64,000 nucleotides of DNA, from positions 62,001 through 126,000 of the forward strand of contig JBGAIN010000005.1 of assembly GCA_044225505.1 (NCBI GenBank), in the 5' to 3' direction. Below, one piece after another: positions 29,088 to 38,415 of this stretch (position 1 is its first letter; every line of letters starts with the position of its first letter). The DNA comes from Limisphaerales bacterium. GTDB taxonomy: Bacteria; Verrucomicrobiota; Verrucomicrobiia; Limisphaerales; SIBE01. A program made the position numbers and the translations under genes. The notes beneath the pieces are model-generated. The model was given only the letters and a program-made list of their open reading frames with translations. It had not been told where the DNA came from and searched no databases.

Positions 29088-30562
29088 TTGGACTGATTCC
29101 CTTGAATCTCTATAAACTCAAACTGGGACGACGCTCAACGGAAGGCAGCAAACGACAAGCTCGCTCGTCCTTGCTAGGTCTCGCCCTTGACGGTCGGCGA
29201 ATGGAAGCCGTGCTTATGCGCCGCACCAATGGCACGCTTCGGATTCACGCGAAAGTGTCGAGCGCTCTCGAGCTCAATCTTCTCACCGACGCGCCTGAGC
29301 TGGTGGGACGCGAGATGCGCAACCAATTGGATCGCGCTGGAATTCATGAGCGGCAATGCTCTGTTTGCCTGCCCCTGGAATGGGCATTGACAGCGCAGGT
29401 AGCCTTGCCCGCGCTGCCGCCCGAAGATGTGGAGAGTTTTCTGAGCATGGAAGCGGAGCGGGCGTTCCCTTTTGCACCTGAAACTCTGGCGATGGTGACC
29501 TCTCGGTGCGTGGCTCCGGAAGGGACCCAATTTGCGACTCTCGTCGCGGTGCCTCGCGAGCATCTCACCACCTTGCAGAGTATTCTAAAAGCGGCACAAC
29601 TCAAGCCGGTCACGTTTTCCCTGGGGCTTTCGGCACTTCAAGATCCGACCGCGCCAGAAAGCAATGGGATTGCGGCTATCGCAATCGAGGAAAACGCCGT
29701 TCAGCTGCAGGTCTGTTGCGGCGGCGGAGTGGCCGCGCTTCGCACCCTGCAGGGAGCGCTCGAGGGAGACGGTGGCCGCAAGACACCCTATGCCGACGTC
29801 GTGGCCCGGGATCTGCGCATCACACTCGGCCAGCTGCCTCCCGAACTCCGCCACCTCCTCCGCCAAATCCGCGTTTTTGGCGCCAGTGACGAACTGCATC
29901 GCTTTGCCGAGGACCTTCGAGCACGAGCCAAACTGATGGGCTTGGACGTGACCGAAGTCCCGTCTTACACCCCCGATGATCCGTCTGTTCAACTGGCGGC
30001 GGCCGCGCCCGCCACGGCCGCGCTCGCTCTTGCCTCACGATTGCTCACAGGGCGCTCGCCGCAGTTCGAATTTCTCCCGCCCAAGGTCGGCGCTTGGAAA
30101 CAACTGACGAATCGGTATTCCTCGAAAAAGTTGGTTGCGGGCGCAGCAGTTGCGGGTGTGCTGCTCTTCCTGAGCTTGATGGCTTTCCTGTTTCAGCAGT
30201 GGCAGCTCGGACATTGGCGCAACCAATGGAATCGCATCCGGCCACAGGTCACTCAACTCGAAAACATGCAGCAGCAGATTCGGCGTTATCGGCCATGGTT
30301 CGATGAGTCTTTCCGCTCTTTGAGCATTTGCCAGAAACTCACCGAAGCGTTTCCTGAAGATGGATCGGTCGTGGCGAAGACGGTGGAGATTCGCGACCCT
30401 GGAAACGTCATGTGCACTGGCACCGCCCGGGATCAACAATCCTTGTTGAAGGTCGTCGATCTGCTTCGCGCGCAAAAGGAATTCTCGAGCGTTCAAGTCG
30501 ATCAGATTCGAGGCAAGCAATTCACCATCAATCTCCGCTGGGCGGAAGGAGGGTCTCTATGA
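29084..30562 (+). CDS. gspL: GspL-like (PilM-PilN fusion) assembly protein
   Basis: Cytoplasmic actin-like domain, FEFLPP, single TM, coiled coil and ferredoxin-like periplasmic end (CTGTARD). Confidence 0.8.
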   Translation: MIGLIPLNLYKLKLGRRSTEGSKRQARSSLLGLALDGRRMEAVLMRRTNGTLRIHAKVSSALELNLLTDAPELVGREMRNQLDRAGIHERQCSVCLPLEWALTAQVALPALPPEDVESFLSMEAERAFPFAPETLAMVTSRCVAPEGTQFATLVAVPREHLTTLQSILKAAQLKPVTFSLGLSALQDPTAPESNGIAAIAIEENAVQLQVCCGGGVAALRTLQGALEGDGGRKTPYADVVARDLRITLGQLPPELRHLLRQIRVFGASDELHRFAEDLRARAKLMGLDVTEVPSYTPDDPSVQLAAAAPATAALALASRLLTGRSPQFEFLPPKVGAWKQLTNRYSSKKLVAGAAVAGVLLFLSLMAFLFQQWQLGHWRNQWNRIRPQVTQLENMQQQIRRYRPWFDESFRSLSICQKLTEAFPEDGSVVAKTVEIRDPGNVMCTGTARDQQSLLKVVDLLRAQKEFSSVQVDQIRGKQFTINLRWAEGGSL

Positions 30563-31095
30563 ACTTGGACAACCGTCAACAACTCCTCGGCATTGTCGCT
30601 ATCGCTGCCGTCGTCCTCCTCGCTGGCGATCGACTCGTCCTCACGCCCATGATCAAGCTGTGGAAAGAACGATCCACCCAGATCGCGCAACTCCGGAAAT
30701 CGGTCGAGCAGGGAACCCACCTCCTGGAACGAGACAAGGTCATCCGAGAGCGGTGGGAAACGATGCGCACGAATGCACTCTCCGGGGAAGTGTCTGTCGC
30801 TGAGAATCAGATGTTGCGAGCCTTTGATCGCTGGTCTCAAGACAGTCGCATCGGCATCAATGGAATCAAACCTCAGTGGAAGCGCAGTTCGGATGATTAC
30901 GCGACGCTAGAGTGCCGGGTCGACGCTTCTGGAGGATTACCCGAAATCACACGCTTTCTTTATGAAATTGAACGTGATACGCTCGGTTTAAAGCTCGAGA
31001 TTGTGGAAGTGACGGCACGTGACGACCGCGGTCAGCAGCTAGCATTGGCTCTCCAGGTGAGCGGCTTGCAACTCAACCCACCCCCTTTGCCATGA
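30559..31095 (+). CDS. GspM/PilO-like protein
   Basis: N-terminal TM, coiled coil, G.LPEITRFLYEIE motif; ATGA overlap with gspL. Confidence 0.8.
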   Translation: MNLDNRQQLLGIVAIAAVVLLAGDRLVLTPMIKLWKERSTQIAQLRKSVEQGTHLLERDKVIRERWETMRTNALSGEVSVAENQMLRAFDRWSQDSRIGINGIKPQWKRSSDDYATLECRVDASGGLPEITRFLYEIERDTLGLKLEIVEVTARDDRGQQLALALQVSGLQLNPPPLP

Positions 31096-31679
31096 TTCCG
31101 ACGATTCCAAACTCTCGTCAATCCTGCGGCCCGAGAGGCTTCTCAGCCCGATGGCTGCTCAGCTTTCTCTTCATCATTCTCTCCTCGGGTTCGTCCCTAT
31201 CGGCCAAAGATACCAATTCCGTCGCCCGGCGCGACTATCCTAGTTTCAAAATGATCTCCGAGCGGAACATTTTTAACGCAAACCGGACCAGGCGCTCCAG
31301 CCGAGGGGGTGGGGAGACTCGCAAAGCCGCCCGCGTCGAAACGGTGACGCTCGTGGGAACAATGAGCTATGAAAAGGGACTCTACGCTTTCTTCGATGGA
31401 AGCTCTTCCGAGCTTAAGAAAGCACTGGGTCCAGGCCAATCCATTGCGGGATTTAAGGTGGCACAAATCACTTCGACGAGTGTCCGTCTGGAAACCGAGA
31501 GCAAAATGCTCGATCTCTTGGTTGGAACTCAGCTCCGTCGCGAAGACGAGGGCGAGTGGCAGGTGGCTTCAGCCCCCGTGGCGGCAGCCACAGCCCCATC
31601 TTCCTCGAGCGATTCTCCCGGAGATGAAAGCGATGTCATCAAGCGACTTATGCAACAGCGAGAACAGGAACTAAAATGA
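31092..31679 (+). CDS. GspC/PilP-like protein
   Basis: ERNIFN, TLVGTM...AFFD, GQSIAGFKVAQIT.TSVRL (HR-domain pattern), C-terminal RLMQQREQELK. Confidence 0.72.
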   Translation: MIPTIPNSRQSCGPRGFSARWLLSFLFIILSSGSSLSAKDTNSVARRDYPSFKMISERNIFNANRTRRSSRGGGETRKAARVETVTLVGTMSYEKGLYAFFDGSSSELKKALGPGQSIAGFKVAQITSTSVRLETESKMLDLLVGTQLRREDEGEWQVASAPVAAATAPSSSSDSPGDESDVIKRLMQQREQELK

Positions 31680-33490
31680 AAACTCCTTTACTGAGCATCC
31701 TCGGGTGCGGCGCTCTCCTAGCCTGTGCGTGGACTTCCTTGGCCCAACCAAGCGGAGCTCCAGCGGATGACCCTCCCAGCAGCCCAACGCCAGAATTGGC
31801 CCAGGACACGGCGCCTACCGCTCCGGAGGATGTCGCTCCAGCGGCTACTCCTGACGCCGCGCCCGCTCAAGAGACCGCACCTGCCGGACCGAACCGGAAT
31901 CGTCCGGCCCGGCCTCCACGGGGCGGTCCAGGAGTAGCTCGACCTGCCGCGGATACGCCCAGCGCTCCAGCGCCGATTGCGCCCAACGCCAATGGCACCA
32001 AAGAGCTGCGCTTGAACTTTCGCAACGCTCCTCTCGACACGGTGCTCAATTACTTGAGTGAAGCCGCCGGCTTCATTATCGAGCTGCAGACCGAGGTCAA
32101 AGGCAAGGTAACGGTTTGGAGCAACCAGCCCGTGTCGCAAGAAGAGGCCTTAGATCTTCTCAATTCGGCTTTAGACCGGAATGGCTACACCGCCGTCCGC
32201 AAAGGCCGGACTCTTACGATTTGGCCGAAGGAAGACGCGAAGAAGCGTGACCTCCCTGTGAAGAGCGGAAACAGACCGGAAGACATTCCCAAGAACGACG
32301 AAATGGTGACCCAGATCATTCCGATGCGCTTCATCAGCGCCGTCCAGGTCGCTCGCGATTTGGCGCCCCTCTTGCCCGATAAAGCGACCATGAACGCCAA
32401 CGAGGCCGGGAATTCCCTGATCATCACCGACACGCAAACCAGCATTCGACGCATGGCGGAAATTGTCCGAGCTTTGGATACCGCTATTTCCTCTGTCTCG
32501 GCCGTTCGCGTCTTCCCACTGCACTATGCCGATGCCAAGGCGCTCGCCACTGTGCTAAAAGATCTGTTCGCGCCGCAAGATACGGCGCGGACCACCGGGG
32601 GTGGCAACAACGCGGGTGGGGCAGCACGCTTTCTCAACCAGTTCCGCGGTGGTAATGCGGGAGGTGGCGCGGGTGGATTCGGCGGCGGTCCAGGTGGCTT
32701 TGGGCAAGGTGGCGGAGCGGCCGGAGGCGGAGCCAACGCGAGCTCAGGAGCGAGAGCTCCAACGCCGCGCGTCGTCGCGGTCGCGGAAGAACGGAGTAAT
32801 TCTCTGGTCGTAAGCGCCCCGGACGAGCAGATGCCGATGATTGAGGATCTGATCAAGCAAGTAGACACCAGTGTGGAAGACGTCACGGAACTAAGGGTCT
32901 TTCGCCTGAAGTATGCCGATGCCCAAGAGACCGCCGACCTTCTCTCGAATCTTTTTTCCGATACCGGAAGCTCATCTGGCAATCAAGGGAACCGTGGCGC
33001 CATCCAGTTCGGCGGCCGTTTTGGCGGTGCCGGTTTTGGAAATGCTTTTGGCGGAAATCGTGGTGCGTCGACGACCGGGGCAGAAAGCAGCCGCCTCCAG
33101 AAGCAAACCAAGGTCGTTGCGGTGCCGGACTTGCGCACAGGATCTGTGGTCGTGAGTGCCGCTCGGGAACTGATGCTGCAAATCTCCAAGATGGTTGAGG
33201 ACCTGGATTCGGACCCCGCGAAAAAGCAACAAGTGTTCGTCTTCGATGTGCAAAACACCGACCCTCAAGCCGTTCAAGACATTCTGCAAAGCCTGTTTCC
33301 AGCAGCCAACAATGGATCTTCTCTGAATAACAGCCGCCTGAATAACCGAGGCCAAACCGGCGTGGGTAACCAACTGAACAATCGCGCGACCCAAACGCAG
33401 AATCAGGGCGGATCACGTATTGGCTCGTCCGGGTTTGGGGGTTCCACAGGATCATCGGGCAGCTCCGGGTTCGGCGGCGGAGGGCGTTAA
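31676..33490 (+). CDS. gspD: Secretin GspD, N-domain polypeptide (N0 + NolW-like repeats, no secretin barrel)
   Basis: Signal peptide (SLA|Q), LNFRNAPL (N0), three complete NolW-like repeats plus the first half of a fourth, Gly/Phe-rich loops. Confidence 0.88.
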   Translation: MKTPLLSILGCGALLACAWTSLAQPSGAPADDPPSSPTPELAQDTAPTAPEDVAPAATPDAAPAQETAPAGPNRNRPARPPRGGPGVARPAADTPSAPAPIAPNANGTKELRLNFRNAPLDTVLNYLSEAAGFIIELQTEVKGKVTVWSNQPVSQEEALDLLNSALDRNGYTAVRKGRTLTIWPKEDAKKRDLPVKSGNRPEDIPKNDEMVTQIIPMRFISAVQVARDLAPLLPDKATMNANEAGNSLIITDTQTSIRRMAEIVRALDTAISSVSAVRVFPLHYADAKALATVLKDLFAPQDTARTTGGGNNAGGAARFLNQFRGGNAGGGAGGFGGGPGGFGQGGGAAGGGANASSGARAPTPRVVAVAEERSNSLVVSAPDEQMPMIEDLIKQVDTSVEDVTELRVFRLKYADAQETADLLSNLFSDTGSSSGNQGNRGAIQFGGRFGGAGFGNAFGGNRGASTTGAESSRLQKQTKVVAVPDLRTGSVVVSAARELMLQISKMVEDLDSDPAKKQQVFVFDVQNTDPQAVQDILQSLFPAANNGSSLNNSRLNNRGQTGVGNQLNNRATQTQNQGGSRIGSSGFGGSTGSSGSSGFGGGGR

Positions 33491-33533
33491 TGCCGTAAGA
33501 CAGTTCTCTTTCAAAACTCAGTTAAAGCACACC

Positions 33534-34679
33534 ATGCAAACTCATTTCACGTCATTGGTTGCCGGTTGTCTCATCCTCGGCGCCTTGTGGCTGGGCCCCG
33601 CGGCCGCGCAAGGGCAGGGTTTTGGCGGCGGCGGTGGCGGCAATTTCCGCTCGACGAGCCGGTCTTCCGCGAGTTATCCGACGAGCACTTCGGTCGGGCA
33701 AGCCACGTTCATGAGCGACCCGGAAACCCGCAAAGTCATCGCGGTGACAGATCCGGAAACCGCGAAATACATCAGCCAGATTATCACGAATCTGGACCGG
33801 CCCGCTCCCCAGGTTCTGATCAAAGTGGTATTTGTTGAAGCCACCTACAACAAGAACCTGGATTTCGGCATTGAAGGCGCCTATTCGAAGAATATCGGTA
33901 ACTCACAAACCAACGTGGTCAGCCAGGTCTTTGGCTTAGCACAATCCGGGGCTAGCCCGGTGCCTCCCGGAGCTGGTATTTACCAGATCCTGGGCAGCGA
34001 TTTTCAGGCGACCATCCGCGCAATTGCCCAGGCGGGGAAAGCGGAGATCTTGTCCCGCCCCTCGATTCTAGCACGCAACAATCAACAAGCCACGATCAGC
34101 CTGGGCCAAGAAGTCCCATTAATTACAGGAACTGTTTTCAGCGGCGTCGCTAACACCCCGATCAATACGATTCAATACCGGAACGTCGGAATCATTCTTC
34201 AAGTGACTCCGTTCATCACCTCGGATGGCATGGTGGAGATGGTCGTTTCGCCGCAAACCTCCGAATTGGCAGACCGGAGCCAATGGGTCAATATCGCCAG
34301 CGGCGAGAACACCTCGACCGCCGCGCCTGTCATCAATTCCCGAGCGGCCGACACGGTGGTAATCGTCCCAGATGGGCAGACGGCAGTCATCGGCGGCTTG
34401 ATGCAGAAGCAAAACCAACAAACGGACAGCAAAATTCCGGTCTTGGGCGATATTCCATTGCTCGGTAACCTCTTCAAACGGAAGATACGCAACGATACCA
34501 AAACAGAGCTTCTTATTTTCCTGACACCTCATATCGTGATGCATCCGTCACAACTGGCCGGGATCTCCGCAGAAGAACGAGCGCGCATGCAAGTGCCAAA
34601 ATCGTTCTCGGAACAGGAATTGGACCGTTTTCTGGACAAGATCCCGGCGAAGGCACCTGAGCCGGCTAAACCGCACTAA
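33534..34679 (+). CDS. gspD: Secretin GspD, barrel polypeptide with its own signal peptide
   Basis: MQTHFTSLVAGCLILGALWLGPAAA|QG, LDRPAPQVLIKVVFVE, LSRPSIL, YRNVGIILQVTP, DGQTAVIGGL, KIPVLGDIPLLGNLF, TELLIFLTPHIV. Confidence 0.93.
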   Translation: MQTHFTSLVAGCLILGALWLGPAAAQGQGFGGGGGGNFRSTSRSSASYPTSTSVGQATFMSDPETRKVIAVTDPETAKYISQIITNLDRPAPQVLIKVVFVEATYNKNLDFGIEGAYSKNIGNSQTNVVSQVFGLAQSGASPVPPGAGIYQILGSDFQATIRAIAQAGKAEILSRPSILARNNQQATISLGQEVPLITGTVFSGVANTPINTIQYRNVGIILQVTPFITSDGMVEMVVSPQTSELADRSQWVNIASGENTSTAAPVINSRAADTVVIVPDGQTAVIGGLMQKQNQQTDSKIPVLGDIPLLGNLFKRKIRNDTKTELLIFLTPHIVMHPSQLAGISAEERARMQVPKSFSEQELDRFLDKIPAKAPEPAKPH

Positions 34680-34829
34680 TGACCCGTCTTTGGCAACGGT
34701 CAGGAACAGCGGCGGACCTCCCGGGCCGGCGGTTCCGGCACCGCAGATCTGCCAGGCCTCCGAGGGTGGGTTGGAATGCGAGGCAAATCCCTTTGGCCGA
34801 TATGAACCTACGGTTGTCCTGCGCCAGCT

Positions 34830-36390
34830 ATGAATAAGCAAACGCGCGTGGTCTACAGCCTTTTGGGGGCGGTCTGGGTGTTAATGATCGCGTGGCAGCT
34901 GGTGGAGCACCTCCGCGTCAACCAAGCAGCGAAGGCGGCATTGATTAATCGAGCCCGAGATATTTCCACCACCGTCGGAATCGTGCTCCGTTCGCAGCGC
35001 CACCTCATTACCAAAGAACGCTTGGAGTCCGCTCTCCATTCGCTCCTTAAGCCCGAAGAACTGAATGCCGTGGCCATGCTGAACGCCGCTGGGGAGATTG
35101 TGGCCTCCGCTGGCACCCCGATCGATCTCAACATGGCCGGACTGGTGCCAACCGGAGAACATTGGGGTGACCGGACAGTCGCCCTCATGAATTTGGTTGA
35201 TCTGGGCACCAACGTCACGCTGGAAGCGGATGGCCCCCGCCCAACCATCGTCGTCCCCAGGAGCGAACTGTTCAACCGTTCCGGAACGAACCGGCCTCCG
35301 CCGGACATCGGACCGCCGCCGCCTCCCGGGATCTTCCGCCAACCGCCCTCCGTCCGCCCCGCTAGCGAGGACGACCGTTCTCTGCCGCCGGCCAACTCGG
35401 GAACCAATGGCTCCCTTGCGGAAGGAACGGGGCCCCCCAGGCCACGCGGTGATCGGGAGGGCCGATCCCCATTCAACCGCCCTTTCTGGATGAGCGAAAC
35501 CGAATGGAAATCGACGATCGCGAAGAAAGGGGTCCACAGCTTCGTGGTTGTCATGTCCAACCAAACCATGCGCGCCACGTCCAATCACGATCTCTGGCTC
35601 CGTTGCCTAATCACGGCGCTCGCCTCCGTGTCGGTCGCCGGCCTGGCTTTAGCCTGGAGCAATCTTGTCCGATCGGGGGAGTTGGAATTAAGGCTGGTGC
35701 GCGCTGCCGAGCTGAACGCTCGTCTCCGCGAAATGAGCGTGGCTGCCGCGGGCCTCGCTCACGAAACGAAGAACCCGCTTAACATCATTCGAGGCGTGGC
35801 TCAAATGATATCCAAACAGCCGGATGCACCCGCGGAGATTCGCCAAAAGACCCGGGGCATCGTGGAAGAAGCCGATCGTGTCACGGCGCAAGTCAACGAA
35901 TTCATCAATTTTTCGCGCCCTCGCCAACTCCGCCCAGTGGCGGTTGCTTTGAGTTCGGCCGTGGCAGAGGTGGTGCGGGCGCTCGGGCCGGACATCGACG
36001 AAAAATCGATCCGCGTCACGGTCCAGGAAGGCTTGCCTGCGATCGAAGCGGATGAACAGCAGCTGCGCCAGGCTCTGTTTAACTTGCTGATCAATGCGAT
36101 CCAGGCGCTGGAACCGGGCGGGGCCATCGAGATCGCCGGGCAAAGGAAGAATTCCCATGGTGCGGCCCTGGAGATTCGGGACAATGGCCCGGGTGTGCCT
36201 GAGGACCATCGCACCGATGTTTTCAAGCCCCTTCACAACGAATCAAAAGGGTACGGGGTTGGGACTCGCTGTTGTGCAGCAGATCGTGCTGGCGCATGGC
36301 TGGGAGATCGAGTGCCTGGCGAATCAGCCCCGCGGCGCCGTGTTCCGCATCTCCCACTTGCGCCTCGCTAGCTCTCCCGGACCGGTGTAA
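34830..36390 (+). CDS. Membrane sensor histidine kinase (NtrB/ZraS-like); frameshift near 36230
   Basis: Two TM helices, H-box AGLAHETKNPL, N-box NLLINAIQA, DNGPG; G2 box FTTNQKGTGLGL continues in another frame to the stop at 36390. Confidence 0.9.
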
Positions 36391-36401
36391 GGTAGGGCGG
36401 C

Positions 36402-37781
36402 ATGAAGCCCGCCAAATCGCTTCGGATCCTGATCGTCGATGACGACGCCGGGCAGCGCAGCCTTCTCGATTCATTCCTTCGCAGTCAGGGCTTTGAAACA
36501 ATCACGGTCGACTCCGGAGAACGAGCCCTGACGGCTTTGCAGCAGGGCCCGCTCGATATGATGATCTCGGACGTCCGCATGCCTGGACTGTCAGGCCTCG
36601 AAACGCTCCGGAGGGCTCGGCAACAGGGTGCGAAATTACCTATCCTGCTCGTCACCGCTTATGCCGATATTCGCGACGCGGTTGGCGCGATGCGCGACGG
36701 CGCGGTCAATTACCTGGCCAAGCCGATCGATCTGGATGAGCTCCTGATCTCGGTCCGAAAAGCCACCGGTCTCAGCGCCGGGGTCGCTGTCGATCCCGGC
36801 GGCAAGCCTCTCCCCGATTCCGTGATTGCCCAAAGTCCAATCAGCCGGGCTGTGTTCCGCGAAGCGGCGCTCGTCGCCTCCTCTGACAGTCGAATTCTGA
36901 TCACGGGCGAGAGTGGCGTTGGGAAAGAAATCGTCGCTGACGTGATTCATGGCTGGAGCGCCCGGAGCGATGGACCGCTCATCAAAGTGAACTGCGCGGC
37001 GATCCCGGAGAATCTGCTGGAAAGCGAGCTTTTCGGTCATGAAAAAGGGGCCTTCACCGGCGCTTACATTCAGCGGATCGGGCGATTTGAAGAAGCCCAT
37101 CATGGGTCCATCTTGCTCGACGAGATCGCGGAGATGCCACTTTACCTTCAAGCGAAGCTCCTGCGCATCACTCACGACGGTCGCTTTCAGCGCGTTGGCG
37201 CCAACCGAGACTTGCACTCGGACGCCCGTATCTTTGCGGCTACTAATCGTAATCTGGAGAAGGAAGTGGAAGCAGGCAAGTTCCGTGAAGATCTCTTCTA
37301 TCGGCTCAACGTCGTTGAAATCTTTGTTCCACCGCTGCGTGAACGGCGCGAAGATATTGTGCCGTTAGCGACCCAATTCGCTCGACACTTTACGCGGGGA
37401 GAAGTTCGGTTTTCCCCGGGCGTGATTCGCGCTCTCGAGCACTACCGCTGGCCGGGCAACATCCGCGAATTACGCAACGCCATGGAACGCGCCGCTCTCC
37501 TTTCGCACGGAGAGGTTATCATGCCGGAACATTTGCCCGCCCGCTTGCGCCAAGCTGCCAGCGACGGACCCGATGAAGCGGCTACGCAAACCAGCCGCCT
37601 CGAGGACATCGAACGCCAAGCGATTCTCCATGCCCTGCGCGAACATTCCTTTAACCGCAGCGAGGCCGCCCGCGCCTTAGGCATCAGCCGTCGTGCGTTA
37701 CTTTACAAGATCCAACGCTTTCGAGAGATGGGCTATGATGTGGGCCCCGCGCCACCGGACGGCCCCGGAGAGAGCTCCTGA
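36402..37781 (+). CDS. Sigma54-dependent response regulator (NtrC/ZraR family)
   Basis: Receiver domain (DVRMPG), GESGVGKE, GAFTGA, FREDLFYRLNV, WPGNIREL, Fis-type HTH. Confidence 0.96.
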   Translation: MKPAKSLRILIVDDDAGQRSLLDSFLRSQGFETITVDSGERALTALQQGPLDMMISDVRMPGLSGLETLRRARQQGAKLPILLVTAYADIRDAVGAMRDGAVNYLAKPIDLDELLISVRKATGLSAGVAVDPGGKPLPDSVIAQSPISRAVFREAALVASSDSRILITGESGVGKEIVADVIHGWSARSDGPLIKVNCAAIPENLLESELFGHEKGAFTGAYIQRIGRFEEAHHGSILLDEIAEMPLYLQAKLLRITHDGRFQRVGANRDLHSDARIFAATNRNLEKEVEAGKFREDLFYRLNVVEIFVPPLRERREDIVPLATQFARHFTRGEVRFSPGVIRALEHYRWPGNIRELRNAMERAALLSHGEVIMPEHLPARLRQAASDGPDEAATQTSRLEDIERQAILHALREHSFNRSEAARALGISRRALLYKIQRFREMGYDVGPAPPDGPGESS

Positions 37782-37782
37782 C

Positions 37783-38415
37783 CTAATCGACGAGCTGATG
37801 CTTAATGGCGTAGTGGGTAAGCTCCGCGTTGTTCTGCATGCGCATCTTCTCCAGGATCCGCGCTCGGTAAGTGCTGACCGTCTTCACGCTCAAACCCAAC
37901 TCCTCTCCGATCTGCCCTACCGTTTTCCCTGACGCGATCATCCGCAGCACTTGAAATTCGCGATCAGAAAGAGTTTCGTGCGGCGCCTTGTCTGTCTGTG
38001 CCGCCAAGTCAAATGCCATCTTCTCCGCGAGGGCTGCCGTGACGTAGCGTCCTCCGCTCAAGACTTTGCGGATCGCTTTGATCAGTTCCTCCGGGGCGCT
38101 TTCTTTGGGGATAAAGCCCGCCGCTCCCGCTTTCAAGACACGCACGGCGAATTGATCTTCCGGATGCATGCTCAAGATCAAAACCGGGAGCTCCGGATGT
38201 GCCAACTTGATGTCTCGCATGATATCGAGGCCGCTTCGTCCGGGCATCGTAATGTCCATCACGACCACATCCCACTTCTGCGTCATGATTTGTTCCAGTG
38301 CTTCTTTTGCATCTTGCGCCTCCCCGACCAGCACATTCCCCAGTCCCTCATGCAGGACCTGTTTCAATCCACGTCGGATGAGCGCGTGGTCATCCGTGAT
38401 CAACACGCGTATCAT
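37783..38415 (-). CDS. NarL/FixJ-family response regulator
   Basis: DDHALIR, MDITMPG, LSDREFQVL...LSVKTVSTYRARI LuxR HTH. Confidence 0.95.
   Translation of the reverse strand: MIRVLITDDHALIRRGLKQVLHEGLGNVLVGEAQDAKEALEQIMTQKWDVVVMDITMPGRSGLDIMRDIKLAHPELPVLILSMHPEDQFAVRVLKAGAAGFIPKESAPEELIKAIRKVLSGGRYVTAALAEKMAFDLAAQTDKAPHETLSDREFQVLRMIASGKTVGQIGEELGLSVKTVSTYRARILEKMRMQNNAELTHYAIKHQLVD

Noticed and set aside
33420..33533. Secretin split explained as a sequencing frameshift
   Set aside because: The second ORF has its own ATG and signal peptide after a non-coding-looking gap, unlike the other lesions in the window.
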